A stretch of DNA of 64,000 nt from Gekko japonicus (taxonomy: Eukaryota). Positions within the stretch are counted from its first letter, which is position 1. Every line of letters starts with the position of its first letter. The DNA is taken from the NCBI RefSeq assembly GCF_001447785.1, contig NW_015167060.1, positions 150,041-214,040 on the forward strand. Reading direction: 5' to 3'. Below are positions 10,497-22,400 of this stretch, piece after piece. The position numbers and the translations under genes are program-made. Under the pieces are notes generated by a model, which was not told where the DNA came from, did no database searches, and worked only from the letters and a program-made list of their open reading frames with translations.

Positions 10497-13400
10497 CTAA
10501 TCAAAATGCAAAGACAAAGGGGAAAGCAAGCGCTGTTAGCAAGCCCTGGGCCAAGGGTGACAGACTGATTGCCATCTGTGTTACCACATGAACAGGCAAT
10601 GCTGCTCTCCTTCCTAAATGACCCTGTGGCAGTGTTACTCCCCCATGTAATGGTGTGGTGGTTAGTGTGTCAATGGAGGGGAGAAGAGGCAATGGGCAGG
10701 TATGCTTCACACTTGCTTGGGGACTCTTTTTTTGGCAAGGATACGGTGCTGCTTTTGCCCCATGTGAAAAGGCCCGAGTTGTTTCCTCAGGTGGGCAGAA
10801 GGGAATGCTGGCTAACATACCTGATCCAACTGCTGATCTTTATAGAAGTTCTCTTCCATGTGCGTGGCCCTGGCACTATCTCCCTAGCATCTCCTCACAG
10901 TGGCTTTCCATGAGTGTAGGGCAATGAGAGAGTTTACTTCCATCTGCTGCCCTCTCCAATTGGCTGCCTTTCCTCATGGGCTGTTCTGCCTTTAACAGAC
11001 AAGTGTTAGAAGATGATACAACTCCCCACCCCAGTTATCGTGGGCTGAGGAAAACTGGCTGAAACACTTCCTTGGCAGATCAACAGACTTCTTAATGCAG
11101 AAACGTGGTTATTATTGTTATAAGCTTCACTTATGTCTGCCTTTCTCACTGGGACTCAAGGAGGATTACAGATTATTCAGTCCATGGTTGTCTCCACATC
11201 TGTAGGAGCAAGTGAATACACCTTTAGTCTCCTTGCTGTGCACACCTTTGTGAATTATCACATTCACTGCGGAGCGCTCGAGGTAGCTGAGGCTTGAACA
11301 CAGTATTCTGAGAAGTGTGTGAGAAGCCGTGGCTTATATGTCGCTTGCTTTCTCTTTACAAGAGGTGCCTGTTATTTAAACATTCTATTCCCAAGTGGGC
11401 AAAACAGCAGGAACAACCCTGCACAATACTTCAAATAACGCAATATGTTTGATAAGTAACAATCAGGCCAATTTTAAAATGCAAACTTTAATTGAGAGCT
11501 AGGCCCTGTTCATGGCCACAGGGCTAATCTGTGAGCAGGTCCAGGATCTTAGTTGACAATCAAGACTAAACTACAGGAAATCAGAAGACCTAGTGTATTC
11601 TTCACCCTTTTATACAAAATGAAATGAGTCACTGAAATTAGTCTGCTAGTTAGGAAACACCTTTACAAGGCCTGATGAAAAGGCTCAGATCTTCTGATAA
11701 GCCTGACATCATGAAGGATAAAAACAATTAGGACTGCACGAAGTGTGTTTTGTTTTGCCATGAATTCTACACTTCATAAGATCTTAATGTAAAATATATG
11801 AAGTGCCAGTTTTTCTAGGTAAACCAATACAACCTGATTCCAATGAAACTCTCCAGTATTTTAATAAAGAACCATCTGGGGCAAGCTGCACTGTGTACTT
11901 TTACCATTTGGGAGTGGAGCAAACTGTTAGATCTAGGATCTTTTCTATTAGACACAATTTCCCTCTTGAATTCCCCACTTAGGGAGATGCCTGGCCATTC
12001 TGATTTCTACAAGGCTAGCCAAAATCTTCTCATTTAGGGAAGCTTTCATGCAAGAGGAATGTGATTGTGGCTAGTGGAGCAGCTTCATTTTAGACACTGT
12101 ACTGATATTTGCTGACTATTTTAATCCAATGCTGGAATTTTATTATATGTTTATTGTGCTGTCTCATCTCTTTTGGAAAGGTTCTTTAAGAATATATGCT
12201 AATAATGCAGGATGTAAATGTTAGCAATACTTAAACCTTATGTAGGATTCTGGAGATGCTATGAGAGACTCTAGGAGAGAGTTGCAAGCCAGTGATATTA
12301 CTGAATAACACAGACTGCACTGCATTATTTTACCCTCAAAGAAGTATGCAGAAGTAAGAGTCTTGTGATCTACACATACTCAGAACAATAGAAGATGAAT
12401 TAGGGAAAATAAAGGAAGTGGCCTGCAGCCGAAAGTGACAAAAACCTCCTTTCCTAGTAGTACAATCACCAATAGTACACTGGAGCTAGACACACATCTT
12501 GCATTTCAGTGACGTAACTCCAATCCTACAGTAATGTTAGCAAGCCCTCATCACAACATGTTCCCCCTATATAGATATGCTGTGCAAAACTGAGTAATTA
12601 AATACTTACAAAGAGAGAAAGAAGAAATGCAGGAGAGCCCATGGGGACACTGTCCTGTTAGTAGACAAACAGAAGGGGTGATCAGATTTGACAAGAACGT
12701 GCACCAAGAAGCTAAGTGCCTGGCCTCCACTACAGTTACAATTTAATGCTCAGTCCCACCCCCTCTATGGGGCACTTCTCACACAGCAGACATGCTGAAT
12801 TACTACAGAAGATACCAAATTCCAGGGGCCACTAGCTTGGCTGCAGCAAGAGCTCCAATACAATGAATTGCCTTCAGCCAGTCCACATTTGTTCTTTGGG
12901 GGACACCCAAGGAACAGGAAGCTCCCAGTTCATAAGATGTTATCAGACAGGCTGATAGACTGAACACCAAGCCTCAGTTGGGCTTAGTGCTGGTAGGTGA
13001 AATTAATTCATTTCCAGTTATTGATAGGTAAAATTATCTGATTCTGTCTGTCTTCAAGCTCTCCATTCAGATTATTCCCATGGAACTGCCCTTCACAGAC
13101 TAAGTCATCTCACTTTGGCAACAACCTCTGACCTGAAAAGATCAAGCTATGTACTTTTCAGCTTACTCGACGCTAAAGACTGCTGGAAGTGGGGGTCTGC
13201 AACAGCCATCTTCGTTACTGATCAACCCAAAGAAGGCAAGCAAGCTTCTATTCTTAGAGAGACTTTTTAAATTGGATTCCAACGGTACAATAACCCCACC
13301 CCTGTGGAGATATATATATAGCAAAAAAATGTATTTAACCATCTCCCCCAAATAAAGCCAAGGATCACCAGCTCATTAGCCCCCACCTTCTCTGAAGCAT

Positions 13401-16400
13401 CTTGTTTCCGAGTGGAATCTCGTCCACGCAGACTTTTTGCACTGATCCCAGACTCAGACGTCTGCATGATCAGCTGTGTGGCTAGAAATTGCTGCAAGAA
13501 ACCACATAACAGCTATTAGGGTTCTCAACGTGAATGCATGTTAGTGGCTTTGCTACTACAATGTTGGACTTTTCAGTTACTGGTTTGTTTCTAAACCTGC
13601 ATTTCTTTTGCTTCATGGTAAGTCAGCAGGTTAAGTGATTTCTTTCTATGGGGGTTGGACAAGCCAATGAGACATTCAAGATGCCAAAAGGAGCAGGCCT
13701 CTTCCCTAATTTTGATCAGTACCTCCCCACACCAAATCAGGATATGAAGACTGCCCTGACTGTGCCTTTACCTGAATCTGCTCCAAGACATCTCGCTGCA
13801 TTTCAACAGCCATGTGGTACACATCATGGTCAGAACTGTTGTACATGACAGCATTCTGGAACATTAGCATGATATCTCGTTGGAACTCTGCTGTGGTCCG
13901 GATCAGCCCATTTTCAATATTTTTTTTAATGGTTGATAAATCCATTGGCCTGTCAAAAACACAGCAATCAAGTTTTTAGCTTTAGCAATAAGATTTATTA
14001 AAAAATACATCTTGAAAAACAAACGGCAACTCTTAAAACTAGCCCATCTCTTTCCTTCTGTATATGCCAAGAATCCAAATCATCTCAATTATTATCTTGA
14101 TTCATTTTATTACTGCTTTGTGCAGATAACTTAGTCTCCTACTTTATATAATTCCTTACTTGTTTCTCCAGTTTTAAAATTGTTCCATCTTTCCTGGTCC
14201 TTTTTTACTTTCTGCTGCTTTAAGCTCAGTTCCTCTGTTACTTACTGCGGTAAGCTGCTCTAAACAACTTTGAGAAGTGGCATATAAATATTTTTAAAGA
14301 TACACACAAACTAATTGCTCCAACTACCTGACTGTATTGGTGCTAGGCTGAATAGACCTTGCTTCTATTCTGAATGCCACATACTTAATAAGAAGTCAGG
14401 CCCGTAGCCATGGGGGGCATTTGGGGGTGACACCCCCCATGGATGAGCCCCGCCCCACCCCAGGAAAATGACAGACCCACCCACCCTCAGTGCGCTGCGT
14501 TCCTTACCCCTGCCTGCGGCAGCCTCTCCAGCTCTGCCTGCTGAAGTCGAGCAGGAGGGGAGGGAGAGGGGCGGCCTCACCAGAAGCAGGAAGACCCAGT
14601 GATGCTGCTCGGTGGCTGCCCACCGGGGTAAGGAGCTGCGGATGGCACCTACAGAGGGGAGGGGGCTCGTCACTCTAAAAGTGATCTGGCAGAGAAGCTC
14701 TGCGGGGAGAGAGACGGCAGCCCGAACGGAGGAGGAGCAAAGCCCATCACAGAGCTGTGTGGCAGGGCAGTGGGTCAGGTCTGTTCTGGGGAGGGGGGCC
14801 TCTCTCTGAAGTCCCCAGCAAGGCCAATGAAGGAGCATTTTAGGATTTCTCCTTTGTCTCCCCACTTTCTTCTGCCTAGTCAGCAGCGTTGACTGTGTTC
14901 AGCTAGTGCAAAAACTTTTACCCACAGACTCCCAGGCACTAGACCAGAAGTCTGTTATAATTTGGCAAGATGAGACATGCCAGCTTTCTGCAGCTGGCCA
15001 TGGCTGGGAAGGACTTTAGGATCATGGAGGAGGAGAGCCCAGCCCAGAGCTGTGCAGTGGGGCAGTGGGTCAGGCCTATTCCAGGGGAGGGGTGTGTGTC
15101 TCTCATTGGAGCCTCCTTGAGGCTCCAAAATTATTTTATTTATTTTTATGTTATTATTTTTGTGACACCATGCCCCCCCCCGGTGCTCCCCCACCGAAAA
15201 TATTCTGGCTAAGGACCTGTAAGAAGTCAGTATTGACCTGTAACAGACTGATTCAACATCAGCACAGAAATGGTTACTGACCTCTGTACAATACTGTGGT
15301 ATCCTGGTGCTATATCATCAGTCACCGGCTGCAAGAAGACATTGGCATATCTGTATAAGGAAACAGGCAGTAGTGAGTCCTTGTAAAATGACATGACTGG
15401 CTGCTGAAACCCAAGTAGATACGGGGGGGGGGGGCTGAGATGGCAGCACAGTCCCCAAGTGCAGACGTATTGACCAGTCCCTCCCACACATTTATTCGAC
15501 ACATTAGACCCAAAGAATTTTGCAGTCTGAAAACCCACATTCTGCAACCCGAGTTGCACAAAGAAACTGTCCACATTTTGTCTGCTTTTTTGGACCAGTT
15601 CTATCAAACTGGGGAAGCAGAACTGGGACCTGTATAACATTGGGCAGTTGCTGATATAAAAAGTCAGATGCATGAAGTGGGAGCTGTAATTTGTGATGAT
15701 CTGCTACTCCCCAACCACTAAAAGGCCATTCTAGATAGACTAAGTCTATCAACCATCTTTTCATCCAAAGACACTCTAGAGAGTGTAAATGAAAATCAGA
15801 TAAGCCAATTCCCCTTTATTCATAACAATCATCCCAACAATGATCGCATCCCTCTTAAACTGAGGTCAAAGGCCTTTTATAAAAGAAAATGTTTGAATTC
15901 AGCCTGAAAGGCCTGTAGGGATGGTGCCAACCTCACTTCTTGGGGGACAAAGCTTCACAGTCAGGGGAGGCCCTCCAAAGAGCGCTAGCCAACCTAACCC
16001 CAGCTAAGCTAATGCTGTTCATGAATTTTGGGACTTTCTCTGAATTTTCCAGCATGGCCACAAGGGCTTGGTCAAGATGTTGGCATATGAGACACCCTTG
16101 GATTCTCAGAATGTCACAGAGGCTGCCAAAAAGCCCCATGGAAATTTCAAATACTAGAGAATTAAAAGCAAGTAGTCTTCTTTTTAGAAGACGAAGAAGA
16201 AGAAGAGATTGGATTTATACCCTGCCCTTCACTACCCAAAGGTGTCTCAGAGCGGCTTACAATCTCCTTTCCCTTCCCCTCCCCACAACAGACACCCTGT
16301 GGGGTGGGTGGGGCTGAGAGAACTCTGACACAAACTGCTCTCTCAGGAACAGCTGTGCCAGAGCTTGCGACTGACCCAAGGTCACATCAGCAGGTGCAAG

Positions 16401-19400
16401 TGGAGGAGTGGGGAATCAAACCCGGTTCTCCCAGATTAGAGTCCGCGCACTTAACCACTACACCAAACTGGCTCTCCCAAACACTGATGGCAGGGAGGGC
16501 CCTCTCCTTTTACTGCTTCCTGAAACACTGGAGCAGAGTCCTGGGACTGTCAATTTACCTGTGATTGGCTGCCGCTCTCCAAACCAGCATAATTGCTTTT
16601 TTCCAAATTTTCTGGGCTTGAATGGCCTCCTGATCCTCACTGCAAACAGAGCTTGAGGAAGAAAAGTATCCATCAGAACAGGACACGGAAAGGTTCCAAA
16701 ACTAGATCACGACAGGCCGGGTTCTGCTAGGCAACTAAGCAGGACGCCTCACAAAACAGTCCCCACCTGCCCACATTTTTCCATGCAAGTGAAAGAAGGA
16801 TGGCTCTCTTCCTAGCAGCTGGAGTCTAAACTATGAAGCTCCTCCACACAGCAATACAATTATTCTTTAAGAAATAAAAGCCTTACAATGACAGCAGTCA
16901 AAGCTAGTTTACACTACAGACCGATGGGCAAAGGGTTACATTAGTCCTGAACCTCTCAGGAGGCTAGTGGCATGATCTTGAATGTCTATGAGTAGCTGTA
17001 GGTTCACCAATACTCACAACTGTGAGGAGGCAGGGCTGCTGGGGATGGAGTCAGCCAGTGTGTGAGACTGCAAAGGTGCATTATGGATACTGAAGCCATC
17101 ATCGCTCTCACTCACAGGGGGCTCATTGTCCATTTCTGAAAGATACCCCTCACCCTGATCTTCCTCTTTGGGTTCCTCCAGACTGGCAGCCTCGCTGGCA
17201 CCATCCTCCTCATCCTCTTCACCCTGAGCATCCTGAGGTACAGGATTAAAATTCCAGCGATCAGCATGACCAGCTGCCAGCAACAGCACCTAGGCCAGCC
17301 TCCAAAGATGACAGCGGTGGGGAAAACAAGAGGACTCGAGCTACCGCCAGGCCATTCTAGAGTCACAAGGACAAGCATCCCCATCACAGCTAGAAGACAT
17401 TCTGGGAGAGGCTCTTTTCCGCTAGTGGCAGCCCCTTAAAAGCTACAGGAAAGGCGTGGATCCCTGCTTTGGGAAAGGTTAACTGAGATTTTCCTTGCAG
17501 TCTACACTTTGAGTAGTCAGCATACCCTTGAGATGACACCAGGTGTCAGTTCTCGCTACCTTAACCTCTGGACTCTTAACAGCTAGCCACTACTCTCAGC
17601 ATGCACTTGTCTCAAGTGATTCTAAATTAAACAAGATAAAATACCTTCATCTGGTTCTCAAAAAGAGCTTGGGCTTCCTCCTTCATTGATTCTGGGGAGG
17701 AAAAAAACAACAAAGGCTTTACTTTAAGGAGTAGTTACCACTGCTCACCCAGTTTGGAACAGCCACTCACCAGGAGTTCCAGGTCATCAGATATGACCCC
17801 TCTCCAATCCCCTAGCAAAGGATCCCATCTCTCCATCAACCCAATCAGGTTACCTGAAAGCTCATATTTGTGGTGAAGGTCTGCCTGTGAGGAGTCTTCA
17901 CTTGCACTTGGAGCATGTGGAGAGGAAGTCTCATCATCAAGGGGGAGCTAGGAAGAAACATAGAATGCCCTTAAGTATTAGGACCTTTTTTGTCTTGTGC
18001 TTACCGTAAAGCCATCAAATGCAATTAAGGGCTATAAAGAAGATAGCAAAAGTAAACTGGCTGCCTACCCAGAAAAGCAATCCACATCCAGCCAACTTAT
18101 TTCCCAAGGAGCTAACAGATAGCCAGAGCTGTGTGCATGTTGTAGTCTTGTGGGAGTGAAATGAAAATGCAGAATGTGGCACTGGGTGAAGAGTTCAGTG
18201 TCTGTTTTTCACTGATTTCAAAAACGCAAACAGAAAAAGAGTACTCATGTGTGGGGGCAGTGCTGGCAGCACCCAGAGAATCTAGAAAGGTGGCTGAGAA
18301 AGATTTCTGTGGGGTTGTGGCTTCAGTAATCACTGCCCACCCCCTTGCCTAGCAAAAGCAGAATGACCTGAGCAGCAGCAATGGACAGGTGGTCTTGATT
18401 TGCATACAAGCAATGGAATTTGAGACTGCCTGGGTGTTTAATCACTGTTTTATATGTGGTAAACACGGTCTTGAATATGGCCAAAAAATGAAATTGCCAG
18501 TTCTCTATTCTATGCCTACTTACTGAAAGGAGCATCAAACCCAGGGCCTCTCTTCCACCCTCTCATTCTTCACTTACCCACCCAATATTCCCATGGAAGC
18601 CTCCTCAACCACATACCTCCGTCTTCACTGTGCCATGATGCACTTCCTCTTTTGAAGAGTCCATCTCCATTTCAGAGCTCTGAACACCAGCCACTGCAGC
18701 CTGCTCATCCTCAGAGACATGGCCCCTCAGCTCAGGGCCTTCATTTGTTCTGGTCACTTCCTCAGGGCCCAAATGTACCTGCTCCTGTTCTGCAGGCTCG
18801 GTTTTTATTTCTGTCCCCAGATCCCCAATGCTCATTAGATCTCGGATCCCCTTCGCTTCCGATTCGTCACAGTCAGCTCTCTCTTGCTTTATGGTCACAG
18901 CCATCTGAGGAATCTGATTCTGCTTCTCATGCTCCTGCTGGATTGGATGTTCTCGTTGGATTGGATGCTCCCAGGGACTAGTCAGTGACTGGGGATCCTC
19001 GATCTCTTCACAAAAAGACAAAGCAGCCTCAACTGCTGCTACATCCAAGACTTCAGGATGGTCATCCACCTATACCAAAGCAATAACAGACCATGACATG
19101 TGGCTCCAGGAGCACCCAGCATCTGAGGCTAGACAGGTGGCAACCCAAGGAAGGGCCTTCTCAGTTATGGCCCTGAAATGTGGCAATTCCCTCCCCAGGG
19201 AGACCTGTCTATCACTCACTATAGTTACCTTCTGCCAAGGGGTAAAGACCTTTCTGTTTTGTTTGGCATTCTCTTACTGACCTTCCTTCCTGTTTACATT
19301 TTTTAACTGTTCTCTCTCTGTATGTACATATTATTTGTAAAGGTTGGTTTTAAAGCCTTCGGTTTGCTGCCTTAAGGACTGAGGGAGAAGTGGGATCAAA

Positions 19401-22400
19401 ATGTTTTTAAAACTAGAAGAGTAAAGCACTTGCAGACAAGGCAGCAGAGGCTACACCTCTTCTGTTCTAAAGGTAACTATAAGAATAGCAAGGCAAGGCA
19501 AAAAAAAAGAAGAAACATTTTTAATCACAAGATTTCCCAAATCAGGCAATACTATTGTAGCAGGCTGGGTGGGTCAAGGCATTAAGGGCTTGCTAAGCAG
19601 CTGTTTACAGCTGTGGAAGATTATAATGGGTGTGAAGCTTCCCTCTGAAAGCCAAGTTATTCTCACTGTTGACAATACATTTCCAGGTCCACCAAGGTTA
19701 GGCACCCTGTATGCCACATAGCAACAGGCTACTATCCTCTCTTTATCAAAGCCAAGGCCAACTCTTCTTTGTTGCATATCTGAAGTCCCATCCCAAGAAG
19801 TTTCCCTGGCATACATATTCAAGTCTGACATTCCTGAATAAAGTGAAAATGCATCACTAGCTCATGTAGTGCATCATCATGGCTATAAGACAACCCATAA
19901 CAAAAAATTATACTTCAAATGAAATATCAGGTTGACTAATCCAGACTGACGTTTGCTTTTTAAAAGAAGCAGCCAGAAGGCTGCCTTGCAAAGGCTACAC
20001 AAACGGCTGAAACCAAAATCTGAACGAAGAATACAACCACCCCAGGATTGTTTTAACCCAGAGACTGAAATCCAGCCAAAATAAGTGCTACGAAACTTTC
20101 AAAAGGTGCTCAGGCTTAACCAATTCTCAATATGAAGGAAGGGAAATCCATACTTAGGGGACAGACATGAAAAATGCCTCTCCACGTATCTTTGACCATG
20201 CATTTTTGGCAGAGAATACAGGCGAGAAAGGTCTCTTCATCAGGCTCTATGAACTACTTGCCAGACTTACCATGGTGAGTCTCCTGCCCCCATTGCTGGC
20301 AAGTGCAACAAGTCCCTGCCCTTTCCCTGAACTTGGAGGTGGGGAGGGGGCAAGAGATGGCTCTGACCTTGTGCTACACTTTGAAGATGCTCCAAGCACC
20401 TCTTAAGTCAGATGTCAGTGACAAGACCTTCCCCTGAGTTAGGGAAGGGGTAGTTGTGCTGACCACAAAGTCCAACCAAAATTTACAGACCTTTCCTGTT
20501 GGTCACCTTCACGGCCCGTTCACAAGTTACAGAGTCCATGTGGCTGGCTGACACATGTGATCTAGGAATTCCCCATCTGAAGCTCCCGATTTGGATTGGA
20601 ACCACAACACATGGGAAGAACCATTTAAGTCTACCCCTTATCACGCCATTTTCCATTTTCCCAACCTGAAATGTCCTTGGAAGCCTAGGTTTGCTCCGTT
20701 GGGGAAACTGACGTGCAGCCAGCAGCATACCTAAGTTTATCCAAAGGGCAAACAGCAGCTCCCTGGGTCCGCTTCAGGTTGGGGAAACAGTAACAGGGGG
20801 CGGGCTTAAGCACTTGCTCTCCCTGGACATCATAGTCACATACTTCGGAATTGAGTTCCCAGTGGGGAACTCCCAGTGTCATCTGACTAAAAGTGCCACC
20901 TGATTATGCATGCCATAAGGGCACTGTAACATGAGAAATGTGTGTGTTGACTTCATTGTCTGTGCGGACGCAGATCCACCTGGTATTGCACGAACTGCAC
21001 CGGCTGCCTATTGAGTACCGGATCTGTTTCAAGGTGTTGGTGCTTACCTTTAAAGCCCTATATATGGCCAGGGGCCTGCATATCTGCGAGACCGCCTCTC
21101 CCTCTATGAGCCCTGAAGGACTTTATGATCTGCCAACCAGCATCTTCTGGTGGCCCCCGGACCCAGGGACATCCACCTCACCTCGACTAGAGCCAGGGCC
21201 CTCTCAGCCCTGGCCCCTACCTGGTGGAATGAGCTCCCATATGAGATCAGGGCCCTGTGGGACCTTTTACAATTACACAGGGCCTGCAAGATGGTGCTCT
21301 TCTGCCAGGCTTTTAACTAGGGCGACGGGTGTCCCTCCCTCTCTATTGGGCCTTCCCCCAGTGGGTCAGAACTCCATTACCATCTAAGGACCAAATCTTG
21401 AAAGAGATGACGTCTGTGAGGCTTTAACTTTAGCTTGCACCGGACGAATGATGTTGTTGTATTTTACTGGTGTTTTAACTGTTTTAATTTTTGTATATTG
21501 TATATAGTTTACTAAATTTGATGGAACCTGCTCTGAGCCTGCTATGCGGAGAGGGTGGGCTATAAATCAAATCAAGTAAATAAATAAATGAAAGGAGTTA
21601 ATGAGGAAGAAATGTCCTGGGGAATCAGGGAATTCCTTAAAGCTGTACACATAAATAATTACCTTGTCCTCAATTATGGCTATGATATCCCCAACGGTCT
21701 CAAAGTCCAGTTCTTCCCCAGTGTAGGAAGGCTCTTCCCCTGCATAGGAAACTGCCATATCCATCTTCTCAGCCAGATCAAGGTCTTCCTTCCCATCCAT
21801 GCTGTGGTCTTTGGAAGTCCCTACAGCAACGGATGCCCCAGAGCCCAGGCATTCTTTCTTGATGGAATCAATGATCATGGAAATTTCACTGCTGTCCATT
21901 GACACTGTCACAGAGTGAGGATCGGGCACTGCCTCCATGGAAACACACGCGTTGGGCTGACTCACTGGACAAGAGTGACAAGTCAAGTGAAAGCCTGGCA
22001 GCTGCAGCAACCAGCAGCGTGGGTCAGATCAAGAAATCAAAAGCATTCTACAGCCCCAAATCAAAAGCACATACAGGGTGGCGTCCCCTCCCCACTAATA
22101 ATAGATGGATTCAATCAGGAACTCTTTGCATCGTAGCCTAGCTTAATCCCCATCACGCTCCTCATCCCAAACCATCCTTCCTTCATCTACTCCTGTATTC
22201 TGACTGGAACCCCGAGTGCTTCTTCTTGACTATATCAATACCATTATCCGCCCCTCCCCCCCCCACTGGCACAAATTCCCTCTGAGTCTTGGGATCAAAA
22301 CATTTTGCTACTGATACGAGATGGCCGAAGCCCCTGTTCATACACCCCTTCTGCTGACCCTAAAATAAATCTTCTTTAAGGCAGCAAGTGACATATGACT

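Noticed and set aside
11170-11400. Intronic snoRNA or an alternative BRD8 terminal exon (MWRQPWTE*)
   Set aside because: No convincing C/D or H/ACA layout, and no support beyond a single AG
16400-16476. tRNA gene
   Set aside because: The A and B boxes belong to a SINE head; no complete cloverleaf
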